From: Candidatus Bathyarchaeia archaeon
Lineage (GTDB): Archaea; Thermoproteota; Bathyarchaeia; Bathyarchaeales; Bathycorpusculaceae
Direction of reading: 5' to 3'
DNA: 64,000 bases
Assembly: GCA_050012755.1 (NCBI GenBank)
Contig: JBEKGO010000005.1
Span: 26,070 to 90,069 of the forward strand
The notes beneath the pieces are model-generated. The model did not search any database and was not told the origin of the DNA. It saw only the letters and a program-made list of their open reading frames with translations. The position numbers were made by a program, and so were the translations under genes. Shown piece by piece: positions 10,345-19,963 of the stretch (position 1 is the stretch's first letter; the number at the start of each line of letters is the position of its first letter).

Positions 10345-11601
10345 GTGGAAGAATTCCAAGTTAAAGACAAAACTTTGGCACCTCAAGGTCACTTACAAAT
10401 TGAATGGGCAGCAAAACATATGCCCGTCCTTAAAATAATAGAAACTCGATTTGAAAAAGAAAAACCGCTTAAAGGCCAAACCTTGGCCGCATGCCTACAC
10501 GTAACCAAAGAAACAGCAGTTCTCATAAAAGCATTAATCGCTGGGGGCGCAGACATCGCACTTTGCGGTTCCAATCCGCTTTCAACACAAGACGACGTTG
10601 CTGCAGCCTTAGCAGACAGTGGTGTACACGTCTTCGCTTGGAGAGGGCAAAACACCGAAGAATATTACAAATGCATTGATAACGTCCTCGACTACAAGCC
10701 AACCATAACCCTTGATGATGGCGCAGACTTAGTCGGAACCCTGCACAGCAAGCGCCAAAACCAGATAAAAGACCTTAAGGGCGGAACCGAAGAAACCACA
10801 ACCGGTGTCATACGCCTGAGAGCCATGGAACAAGATGGTAGCCTCAGGTACCCCATCGTAGCTGTCAACGATGCCTACACCAAGTACCTCTTCGATAACC
10901 GGTATGGAACAGGTCAAAGCACTATGGATGGAATTCTTCGGGCAACTTCAGTTTTGATTGCGGGCAAAAACTTTGTGGTCGGCGGGTACGGATGGTGCAG
11001 CCGAGGCATCGCAATGCGGGCGCAAGGTATGGGTGCAAATGTAATTGTCACCGAAGTCCAACCTACTCGAGCATTAGAAGCAGCCATGAATGGTCTACGA
11101 GTTATGCCAATGTCTGAAGCTGCAGCTATTGGCGATATCTTCGTAACGGCAACCGGCGACCTAAATGTTATCCGTAAAGAGCATATGCAGAAGATGAAAG
11201 ATGGCGCTATAATGTGCAATAGCGGCCACTTTAACGTAGAAATTAGCATCCCTGACTTAGAATCGATTTCCAAAGGCAAACGAACTATTCGACCAAACAT
11301 GGAAGAATATGCCCTAAGGGATGGCAGAAAACTATACCTGCTCGCCGAGGGTAGACTGGTCAATTTAGCCGCAGCAGAAGGTCACCCATCAGAAGTTATG
11401 GACATGTCTTTTGCAAACCAAGCCCTCAGCTCTGAGTTTATAGCTAAATCTGGCAAGCTTCAAACAAAAGTTTACTGCGTGCCGAAAGAAATCGATGAAA
11501 AAGTCGCTGAATTAAAGCTTAATTCGATGGGTATAAAAATTGACCAGCTTACAGCTGAACAGAAAAAATACCTGTCGACATGGGAAATGGGAACTACATA
11601 A
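10345..11601 (+). CDS. ahcY: Adenosylhomocysteinase
   Basis: [44 protein letters not shown]. Confidence 0.97.
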   Translation: MEEFQVKDKTLAPQGHLQIEWAAKHMPVLKIIETRFEKEKPLKGQTLAACLHVTKETAVLIKALIAGGADIALCGSNPLSTQDDVAAALADSGVHVFAWRGQNTEEYYKCIDNVLDYKPTITLDDGADLVGTLHSKRQNQIKDLKGGTEETTTGVIRLRAMEQDGSLRYPIVAVNDAYTKYLFDNRYGTGQSTMDGILRATSVLIAGKNFVVGGYGWCSRGIAMRAQGMGANVIVTEVQPTRALEAAMNGLRVMPMSEAAAIGDIFVTATGDLNVIRKEHMQKMKDGAIMCNSGHFNVEISIPDLESISKGKRTIRPNMEEYALRDGRKLYLLAEGRLVNLAAAEGHPSEVMDMSFANQALSSEFIAKSGKLQTKVYCVPKEIDEKVAELKLNSMGIKIDQLTAEQKKYLSTWEMGTT

Positions 11602-11673
11602 TCAAGAGCCTGCTTAAACATGACAAACTTTAAATTGCTTGACATAGTACATGGCTATAAAGTGGTGACTTAA

Positions 11674-12021
11674 ATGGTTAGCAAAGATCAAGGTATAGGT
11701 GGAGCAATACTAGCAGTCTGCGTAATCGTCATTATAGGATTTATCGTCCTCGTAGGCTACCCCCAAATCTTGGGACTGAATAACCCCGATACAGTCAGGC
11801 TGTATGCAGTGACGGTTCTTGTTACAGTAGCATTCATCGCCATACTAGCGATCGGAGCGTGGATAGGCTGGACAATGGCAACAACACCGCCTCCAAAACC
11901 AATCGAAGAAATAACAACTGAGATGGAAGAGAAAAAGGAAGAACCAAAAACAGAAGAGCCAGCTAAACAAGCCGAAATGCCTGCCACCGATGACAAAACT
12001 GCACCAAAGAAAAAGAAATAA
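11674..12021 (+). CDS. Small two-TM membrane protein with a charged tail
   Basis: Two hydrophobic helices, WIGWTMATTPPPKPIEE motif, GGTG ribosome-binding site upstream. Confidence 0.75.
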   Translation: MVSKDQGIGGAILAVCVIVIIGFIVLVGYPQILGLNNPDTVRLYAVTVLVTVAFIAILAIGAWIGWTMATTPPPKPIEEITTEMEEKKEEPKTEEPAKQAEMPATDDKTAPKKKK

Positions 12022-12505
12022 ATTCGCATAAATCTTTCTATCTTTCGCTTCTTTAATTTTTTTATTTGTTAATATCAAAACTCAAATTTTTTACCTCATT
12101 TTTCTGAGCATGCATTCAAGGATATCCATGCAAGAGAGACATTCGTTAGGAATTTTCTCCCTTCTGACGTTCACTTGGGTAACCGAAATGATAGTGAGAA
12201 TCTGCAGGTTTTTCTTTATTTTGTGTCGTTGTCTGTTAGCGAAAAATTGTTTCTGTAAGTCTTTCTTCTAATGTGTTATTTTGTGCCGCGAAAGCATCTG
12301 TTATTTCAGTCAAACAATATGAACAGGCGGTATATGGCTCACATGAATGCTGTTTTAAATCTAACGCTTTAAGTAGCGTTTTGAAACTTTTCTTACACGA
12401 AGGATTTTGACAATTAGACGACGTTTTTAACCACTCTCTTTACTGACATTAGAGAATGGGTTTTGCTGGTTTATAGTGTTAATGAATCTGGACTGAAGAG
12501 TCTAA

Positions 12506-13702
12506 CTACTCTGCAGTGCAAGCTTGGGTTGGAGAAGCCAACTTCTTTAAGTCATCAGTGCCTTCAGCGTATCCTGAGGCAATTAACACGTCGCCTTCTT
12601 GGATTCTTGAGTCTGCTCTTGGGCGCAAGCATTTCTCTCCTCGTTTGATTACTAAGATCCACATGCCGCTTTCTTCATGAACTCGCGCTTCCTTTAAGGT
12701 CTTGTTTATGAGCGGAGAATCTCCAGTAACACAAGCTTGTGTGACTGTTTCCTCAGCTTCCTTAATGGTTAATTTCAAAATTGGATGCGGTTCGATGCCT
12801 CTTAGAACAACTTCAGCCATATCTGCAGCTGCATCAGCAATTTTTTCCGTTGCTACACCCAGCCGAATTAGTCCTAGGAAACCCGAAGCTTCTTCCTTCT
12901 TGAAGTCACTGGTTAAAGCGAGCAATTCAAAATCGGTGTGCAACTGATCCATGCGTTCTTCAAGGCGCTCGACTTCTTCAGCTAGTTCCTTACTGTTCAA
13001 TAGAAGTGAAGAATACGCTAAATCCAACATAACTTCAGATGTGTCTTTTAGTTCTACGAATCTTGAAACTATTTCCTCGAATTTAGCTCGTTCTTGAACG
13101 TTTAGTTTTGCAAGTTCACCCTCAGCTAAATCTTTAAACTCTTCAGTGCCCGATTGCGCGCCACGAGTGATTAATATGTCCCCTTCAAAGACTCTCTCAG
13201 TCTTCTTGGGATTAAGTATCCAATCATTATTTCGTCGGATGGCAATGATATCGACACCCATTCTTGCTGCTAAATCCAGTTCCTCTATTCTTTTCTTCAC
13301 AATCGCTGAATTTGATTTAACAGTCACTTTCATTAAACGCTCTTCTACTTTTTCAAAAATTTCGCCAACTATAGGGTGAATGCCAATGTTGCGGATTACT
13401 ATGGCTGCTATGTCGGCAGCAGCATCCGAAATTTTATCGGTTGAGGAAGCAACTCTGGAGATGCCGACCATTGCTTCAGCATCTTTTGGATCTCTGGAAG
13501 CAACCATTATTTCCATGTCTAAAAGATATGCCAACGTATCTACGCGGCTTTCGAGCGCAATAACGTCTTCGGCGAGGTCTTTATCATTGTATAAAGCCGC
13601 GGAATACGCTAAATCAATCATTAGTTCAGAAAGATTTTTCATTTCAAGTAAGAGTTCCCTAACTGGAATAGGTTTGTACTCTATCTTTTCAAATTTAGGC
13701 AT
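12506..13702 (-). CDS. Tandem PhoU plus TrkA-C (RCK_C) ion-transport regulatory protein
   Basis: Two repeats of (E)MKxxSELMxDLAYS PhoU domain, each followed by a TrkA-C domain (IIAIRR / ILVIKRG). Confidence 0.85.
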   Translation of the reverse strand: MPKFEKIEYKPIPVRELLLEMKNLSELMIDLAYSAALYNDKDLAEDVIALESRVDTLAYLLDMEIMVASRDPKDAEAMVGISRVASSTDKISDAAADIAAIVIRNIGIHPIVGEIFEKVEERLMKVTVKSNSAIVKKRIEELDLAARMGVDIIAIRRNNDWILNPKKTERVFEGDILITRGAQSGTEEFKDLAEGELAKLNVQERAKFEEIVSRFVELKDTSEVMLDLAYSSLLLNSKELAEEVERLEERMDQLHTDFELLALTSDFKKEEASGFLGLIRLGVATEKIADAAADMAEVVLRGIEPHPILKLTIKEAEETVTQACVTGDSPLINKTLKEARVHEESGMWILVIKRGEKCLRPRADSRIQEGDVLIASGYAEGTDDLKKLASPTQACTAE

Positions 13703-13758
13703 TCCTTGAGATCGCTCTCCTGAATAATATGTCGTTCTTGATTATTTGAATTATACTC

Positions 13759-15033
13759 TTAAGTTCCGATTAATAATAAAGCTATTAGCAAAGCTATTGA
13801 GGTCACGATTGCAGCTAATGATGTTTCAACTGGAATTACAAAGTGTTCCGGATTCAAACCCCTTTTGAATGTCAATATCGCAATCCCGTAAGATATAAGC
13901 ACAATACTTATGACCGCTATTACGTTAGATAACCAAATTGTCCCAATAAAATCGAGCACATTTGATAGCTGAAACACATGATTAATCGCTATAGATATGA
14001 GGGCTAAAATGGTCACAACTAAAAGTGATGCCGTCCCAGCGCTTAAAATATTCTTTGCGTGATTTTTTATTGAAGCAAAAGTTGGTGTCAGTATTCCCAA
14101 AGCGAGTTTTGTGTTTGCGGTCGAGCCTACGACTGAGCCAACATTGCTAACCATATTAATTAAAGCTGGATAAATTGTGTAGATTTCTTTTCGGTTTGCG
14201 GCGAAGTTACTTATTCCTTTGAAAATAGTTCCTGTTAGAGTTACTAACATTGCTACTAACATTAGCATCAGGAGCGATTCGCGTATAGTTGTTATGAATT
14301 CAGGTTCTTGTTTGTCTTTAGATAATAAATATAAAACAAGGAAGACATGAGTAAAACCGATTGCGATAATTGCTAAATAGCCTAAGGGCAAAAAGAAGAA
14401 GAGGTTTAGGACTCCAATATAGCACAGTGTTATGAAAATGATTGCTGCTGTTGATATTATCGGGTAAACCACTATGTCTGGATCTAGTCCTCTTCTGAAA
14501 GACACAAAAGCAACTTTTATGGTTACAAAAGTAAAAAGCAGACCGATGGCCAGTGTTGAAACCATAACTGATGATATGGCTGCAAAATCAGTTAGAGCTA
14601 TGCCCCAAAGCAAATAACCAAACAATAAGGAAATTAAGCTAACTGTTAGGCTTGTTACAAGCGTTAATACAATTATGGCATGGATTAATTTATGGAAGCT
14701 TCTGGTATTTCCAGAAAAACGTGGGTGAATAGTACCAAGATGGAGCCCAGTACTTAGACGACCACTAAGTAAACCGCTAATTACCCTTGTACTAATGAGT
14801 GTTGGATAAAGAGCCAAAGCCCAAGGCGAGAGCCTGAAAACGTTAAGCTGATAAGCAATCAGGAAACCAGCAGCTAATCCTGCTATGTCAAAAAAATAAG
14901 CTAATGATGTTTCTTTGAACATTCCCCAGAAGTTTTTTGAAACGCCGCCATGTGAGATTCTGATTGCCCCCTTAATACTCACGATCCGTTGGATCTCTTG
15001 ACAGAGAATGTGTTGGCTGGAGTTTTGCTGCAA
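13759..15033 (-). CDS. MgtE-type integral membrane cation transporter (duplicated membrane domain)
   Basis: GRLSTGLHLG, RRGLDPDIVVYP, KRGLNPEHFVIP. Start is uncertain and probably lies near 14960. Confidence 0.82.
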   Translation of the reverse strand: MQQNSSQHILCQEIQRIVSIKGAIRISHGGVSKNFWGMFKETSLAYFFDIAGLAAGFLIAYQLNVFRLSPWALALYPTLISTRVISGLLSGRLSTGLHLGTIHPRFSGNTRSFHKLIHAIIVLTLVTSLTVSLISLLFGYLLWGIALTDFAAISSVMVSTLAIGLLFTFVTIKVAFVSFRRGLDPDIVVYPIISTAAIIFITLCYIGVLNLFFFLPLGYLAIIAIGFTHVFLVLYLLSKDKQEPEFITTIRESLLMLMLVAMLVTLTGTIFKGISNFAANRKEIYTIYPALINMVSNVGSVVGSTANTKLALGILTPTFASIKNHAKNILSAGTASLLVVTILALISIAINHVFQLSNVLDFIGTIWLSNVIAVISIVLISYGIAILTFKRGLNPEHFVIPVETSLAAIVTSIALLIALLLIGT

Positions 15034-15291
15034 TCAGAATTGTTTGTTGTTACTTTCAACCACTCGGTCGCTGTGAGGGCATCATCCGTATTTATCGATT
15101 TGTGGACTCTCATCATATTTTCATCGCCATCGATTTTTGGTTGGCGGTCCACAGGTCCCGATTCCTGCGTTTTGCGGGCTGCCAAAGCCATTTTAACTGC
15201 CGATTAAAGTTTTTGAAAGACACCCATGGCTTAAATAGTTTCTGCAAATGTACTTATTTTTAATTAACTTTTCGTGTTCATGTTTCCTTGG

Positions 15292-17385
15292 TTAGGGCTT
15301 ATGGGTGACATTTTTTGGTTGATAAACGCACCATGGATCCTCAGTTAGATAATCGTTCTTTAATTCCGCAGGTTCATGGAGGTCGCCGCAGTAATCTATG
15401 AAGTCATTTGAAAGACCGTACGCTCGGGCTCGGCAGCCACCACATAAAGCGCGATATTCGCAAACGCCGCATTTGCCTTTAAGTGAATTAGGGTTTCTTA
15501 GGTCTTTGAAGACTTTTGAGTTGAACCATATTTCCTTGAAGCTTTTTTCCCGAATATTTCCGAGTTTAATTGGCAGGTAGGGACAAGGTGTTACATCTCC
15601 GTTTGGGTAAATCCGACAATAGTATAATCCAGCGATGCAACCACGAATCCACTGCCGCATATCTAAGCCCATGCCTTTTGCTATTCGCATAAACTGCGGT
15701 GCACAGGAGGGCCTAACGTTTAATCTGTGATTGACGGCTTTTGCAAATGTTTTTGTAATCATTTCTTCATATTTTACTGGCGAAATGTCGGTTAACTTGA
15801 TTCCTCGTCCAGTTGGAACAAGAAAGAACAAGTGGAAATTTTCAACGCCTATATTTTCAGCCAATGACATTACATCATCTATTTGATCGTAATTCTGTTG
15901 CGTCAAGGTGGCGTTGACTTGAACAAGTACATTGTTTTTTCTCAACGCTTTGCAAGCTTCAACAGCTTTCTCCCATGCCCCGGCTACTCCTCTAAACTCG
16001 TCATGTTGTGCTGGAATATTGGAATCAAGACTAATTGATACAGTAGCTATTCCCGCTTCCTTTAATTTTCTTGCAGCAGCTTCATCAATGAGGCTTCCGT
16101 TGCTTCCAAGCCCCATTTTCAAGCCTTTCTTTGATCCGTAATTGATTAGTTCAAAAATGTCTGGTCGCAAAAGAGGTTCACCCCCGCTCAGAATTAGAAG
16201 TGGTGCGCTAACTTCGTAGATTTGATCTATGAGTTCTTTTGCTTCTTTTGTAGTTAATTCATTGTCAAGTTTTTTCTCTGTTGCGTTGATGTAGCAGTGA
16301 GAACATTTCATGTTGCATTCGCGTGTGACGTTCCAGGACATGACAAGAGGAACAAAACGTTCCGAAGCCTTTGCCATAGGTGAGTGTGCGAGTTTTAGGT
16401 AAAATTCGCAATTCTTATGCGTTGCTAATCGTTTCGGTTGCCAAAGTGTAAATGGAAAAGGAAGCACTGTGTCTAACATTGCTTTGGCATGAGCAAAACA
16501 GAAATGAGTGCAGAACAGCGAAGAAACTTCTGGAGTTACGCTGTATTTTTCCTGTGCATATGTGTGGCTTCCAAAAACTGGGCAATTCAAAAATTCCATG
16601 TGCCCATCTAGAGTGTCTGTTGTCATTGTGTAATTGATGAAGTGATCGCTTAACATAATTGATTGCAGTTTTTCCCGCCGCATACCAACTTTAAGCGTTA
16701 CGTCAAGAGCTATGTTAACTGTTTCTTGACCAAATCTATCCTGGACCCTTTGCATTGCGTTCTCTAGGGTAGGCAGGTCCATGTTTTTTGCCAGTTCAGC
16801 CATGACTAGTAAACCCTTGAGTGTTTCGTATTCTTGAATTAAACGCATCTGTACAATCTGTTCTGTCCAGTCAAGAAACAGTTTTTTTAAAGTTGCAGAC
16901 GCCTCAGAGTTTTTGTTGTTTAGCAGGTTTTCAACTGCTTTGTTACCTCTCGACAATTTTGTGAAAAGATTAATTTTTTCCATTGTTCCTAAATGTGGAG
17001 TAAGGGCTATTTGCTGAAAATCGAAGCTAAGTGGCGCGATTCCTCCAATCAGGGCTTTTGCGTCAGATTCAAAATCACTATAAATCTCTCTAAGCTTGGA
17101 CGTCACATCGGGTAAGTCTGAATGCAACTCGTCAATTAGCATGCTTGCTTCAGACTCCATTTTTGTAACCATAGCCATATGATACAAAAGTGAGCCAGCC
17201 ATGCTTGGATCGGCTTGTTTGCCACCGTCTACTCCAGTAAAAATTTGAGAAAACAAACTCTTTGCCAAATCAAAGTTTTTCTCTGTTATGGCGGTTAAGG
17301 TTTGATTGAGTTTTTGTTGTCTTAGAAGCAAGAGTTGCGCCCATTTATGGCAGTGTCCTGCGTCGAATTTTGTTACTCCATCCAC
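15292..17385 (-). CDS. Radical SAM/SPASM enzyme (AhbC/AhbD/NirJ-like) with a ~340-aa N-terminal extension
   Basis: WNVTRECNMKCSHCY, SGGEPLLR, SPASM GCIAG...VTPCPY...KCGVCEYRALCGGCRARA. Confidence 0.85.
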   Translation of the reverse strand: MDGVTKFDAGHCHKWAQLLLLRQQKLNQTLTAITEKNFDLAKSLFSQIFTGVDGGKQADPSMAGSLLYHMAMVTKMESEASMLIDELHSDLPDVTSKLREIYSDFESDAKALIGGIAPLSFDFQQIALTPHLGTMEKINLFTKLSRGNKAVENLLNNKNSEASATLKKLFLDWTEQIVQMRLIQEYETLKGLLVMAELAKNMDLPTLENAMQRVQDRFGQETVNIALDVTLKVGMRREKLQSIMLSDHFINYTMTTDTLDGHMEFLNCPVFGSHTYAQEKYSVTPEVSSLFCTHFCFAHAKAMLDTVLPFPFTLWQPKRLATHKNCEFYLKLAHSPMAKASERFVPLVMSWNVTRECNMKCSHCYINATEKKLDNELTTKEAKELIDQIYEVSAPLLILSGGEPLLRPDIFELINYGSKKGLKMGLGSNGSLIDEAAARKLKEAGIATVSISLDSNIPAQHDEFRGVAGAWEKAVEACKALRKNNVLVQVNATLTQQNYDQIDDVMSLAENIGVENFHLFFLVPTGRGIKLTDISPVKYEEMITKTFAKAVNHRLNVRPSCAPQFMRIAKGMGLDMRQWIRGCIAGLYYCRIYPNGDVTPCPYLPIKLGNIREKSFKEIWFNSKVFKDLRNPNSLKGKCGVCEYRALCGGCRARAYGLSNDFIDYCGDLHEPAELKNDYLTEDPWCVYQPKNVTHKP

Positions 17386-17525
17386 ATCCTTAAGACTGTA
17401 AGATTCGTTGATGAAGGTAAAAAAGGTTAACGGTGTGTATTCTGATTAATGATACGCCATCCTTAGTAGAGGTTTGTATTCGATAAACTAATTAACCTCT
17501 AAATTAACCATAAGCCAATTAATAG

Positions 17526-17822
17526 GTGAAAAATTTGAGTTTCGACTGGATCTATACTCTTATTGGCTTCTTAATCATGCTAGGCTTGTTAGGCGGCATC
17601 GGAATAAACAAGCCTCGAGGAATGAGCGTCAAAATGTGGTGCGTCGGCTACTTGGCAGTTGCGTTAGGCTTCGATATCCTTGTAGTTCTAGGATTAGTCG
17701 GAAACTACGCACCGCTTAACAATTTGCTCTTGGGGCTATCAGCGGGTGCGGCTACGGGGTTAGCTATACATGTGATGCACCACATAAATGAGGAAAATGT
17801 GAACCCAACTATAATGGGTTAA
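17526..17822 (+). CDS. Small three-TM membrane protein
   Basis: Three hydrophobic segments, isolated ORF. Confidence 0.65.
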   Translation: MKNLSFDWIYTLIGFLIMLGLLGGIGINKPRGMSVKMWCVGYLAVALGFDILVVLGLVGNYAPLNNLLLGLSAGAATGLAIHVMHHINEENVNPTIMG

Positions 17823-17950
17823 GCGAGATCTTTTCGTGAGTAACGGTACAGCCATTCAGTTTTTTGATTTTGTAAGGTTTAATGAAACTGGTGAAACTCA
17901 GTTATTGACGGTTTTTTTGCTGAGTGCTGAACTGACTGTTTTGGGTTGTA

Positions 17951-18223
17951 TTTTTGGTTTAGGGTTTGAATGATTTGCAGGTTGAGTCAAAAAAAGTCTA
18001 AAAAAGTCGGAATTCGTCCAAAAAAGTCAAAATAAGTCAAAAAAAGTGAAGGAATAGAAATGATCTATTCTTTTGTTTTTTCTGCTATTTTTGTTATGTG
18101 TGTTTTGGATTGTTTCTTTGGTTTGGGGTTTGCAGCGTTTGCAGGTTGCGACTAGATTTGACTATTTTTGACTTTTTATGTCTAGTTATGACTAGAACTG
18201 ACTGTTTTTGACCCTTTTTGACT
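17951..18223 (-). repeat. Paired 10-bp-period degenerate arrays with a conserved tail (locus 2)
   Basis: On the minus strand: 8 units with an AGTC core then GCAACCTGCAAACGCTGCAAACCCCAAACCAAA; 7 units with a TGAC core then TCAACCTGCAAATCATTCAAACCCTAAACCAAAAA. Confidence 0.85.
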
Positions 18224-18358
18224 CCGCATAATCTTAGCTAAATTAATTGACACGGTAAGTTCATAGCTCCACTGCAAAAACAAAAAACAGTAAATAAAGC
18301 AAAAGCATAAGAGCCTAAGCATAAAAGCAGAACTTAAGAAACAGGTAACAAGATCAAA

Positions 18359-19933
18359 ATGAGCGCGCAAGAAAAACTCCAACAAGCAATCGAGGCTACA
18401 ATCGCAGCGGGATACCAATTAGACAGCGAAGCTTTCGAATTCCTAAGCCAAAACTTAGACATCAATGACCCAGTTGACATAATGAATTCAGCCCTTCAGA
18501 AGCTTCAGGACCTCGAAGAAAAGCCGTTCTTCATCGACAGAGTTTTCTTAGAAACATTAGCGCAGCAGCTAACCGCGTCAGTTATCGAAACACAAAATCA
18601 ACATCAAGAGCAAAAGGCTTTTGAGCCACCTATTCAGCAGCAGATAAGCCAAATCATTACGGATGAGAACACCGCTTTTTACCCCTACGCCAGAGACATA
18701 AAATCATGCCTAACTATTCTGGAAGATGCAACCGGCAAACTAAGTTCGAACGGAACATTAGAAGAATATGTACAGTATTTCCAAGATAGGTTCAAACGTA
18801 TCGAACATTTGCTGAGGCAAAGAATTGACGTGAGAGCCGCAACATCCATACTTGAAGCGCTCAAATCCCCTCCAAAAACAAAGCTCAAAATTATTTGTAT
18901 GATAACGGAAAAAAGAGAATCAAAAAACCAAATGATATTGTCAGTTGAGGATTTGCAAGGCAGCGCAACTGTTTTGGTTCCTCAAAAAGCGCAGGAAGAA
19001 GTCAAAAAAAGAGCCCTCCTTCTTTTGCCAGATCAAGTGGTCTGTTTGGCAGTGATAAAAACACGAACCAACCTTTTCCTAGCTGAAGACATTATCTTTC
19101 CAGAAATAGGCAAAAAACCTCAGCAGAGAGCCCAAGAACAAGTTTATGCTGTCTTAACTTCGGACCTTCACATTGGCAGCAATAAGTTTGAAAAAGAAGC
19201 ATTCAAGCGGTTCATATCATGGCTAAGGGGCAAATATGGAAACGAGGAAATGAAGGAAATAGCAGGAAGAGTAAAGTACGTTTTGATCGCCGGCGACATA
19301 GTTGATGGGGTTGGAATTTACCCTAACCAAGCAAAGGAATTATCTATTCGGGATGTTCATAAACAATATAATTTTGCAGCTAAATATCTGGAAAAAATTC
19401 CTGAGTACATAGAAATAGTGATTTCACCCGGGAATCATGATGCTTCACGTAAGGCTTTACCGCAGCCTGCAATCCCAGAAGGCTATTTGACCGGAATTCA
19501 AGGGAAAAAAAATATTCATTCTGTTGGAAGCCCCTGCCTGTTGAGCCTGCATGGCGTGGAAGTTTTAATGTATCATGGCCGAAGCTTGGATGACATAGTC
19601 GCGGTAATACCTGGAATGGATCAGGCTCACCCAGAAAAATCAATGAAACTGTTAATGCAAAGTCGGCATTTAGCGCCAGTTTACGGTGGAAAAACCATGT
19701 TATCGCCAGAGAACCGCGATTACTTAGTTATTGATAGAGTACCAGATATTTTTCACGCGGGCCATATCCACGTTTTGGGATACCTCAATTATCGTGGAGT
19801 GCTTGTTGTGAATTCAGGTGGCTGGCAAGCGCAGACTGATTACATGGAAAGATTAGGGTTGGTTCCTACCCCCGGAAAAGTGCCAGTAGTAAACCTGCAA
19901 ACACTAGAAATAACTGTTCTTTCATTCATCTAA
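18359..19933 (+). CDS. polB: DNA polymerase D small subunit DP1
   Basis: SDLHIGS, AGDIVDGVGIYPNQ, PGNHD, YHGRSLDD, RHLAP, FHAGHIH. Confidence 0.96.
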   Translation: MSAQEKLQQAIEATIAAGYQLDSEAFEFLSQNLDINDPVDIMNSALQKLQDLEEKPFFIDRVFLETLAQQLTASVIETQNQHQEQKAFEPPIQQQISQIITDENTAFYPYARDIKSCLTILEDATGKLSSNGTLEEYVQYFQDRFKRIEHLLRQRIDVRAATSILEALKSPPKTKLKIICMITEKRESKNQMILSVEDLQGSATVLVPQKAQEEVKKRALLLLPDQVVCLAVIKTRTNLFLAEDIIFPEIGKKPQQRAQEQVYAVLTSDLHIGSNKFEKEAFKRFISWLRGKYGNEEMKEIAGRVKYVLIAGDIVDGVGIYPNQAKELSIRDVHKQYNFAAKYLEKIPEYIEIVISPGNHDASRKALPQPAIPEGYLTGIQGKKNIHSVGSPCLLSLHGVEVLMYHGRSLDDIVAVIPGMDQAHPEKSMKLLMQSRHLAPVYGGKTMLSPENRDYLVIDRVPDIFHAGHIHVLGYLNYRGVLVVNSGGWQAQTDYMERLGLVPTPGKVPVVNLQTLEITVLSFI

Positions 19934-19963
19934 TGTGTTCTCAAGAAGCTGACCTATGCTGGG

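Noticed and set aside
12080-12500. About 420-bp gap between convergent genes
   Set aside because: No convincing ORF, repeat or stable structure found by eye.
5361-18223. CRISPR or TIGR-type interpretation of the arrays
   Set aside because: Units are 10 bp with no repeat-spacer alternation, and there are no cas or associated effector genes.
19892-19902. AACCTGCAAAC match to the array tail
   Set aside because: It lies inside the DP1 coding sequence with no phased array; probably chance.
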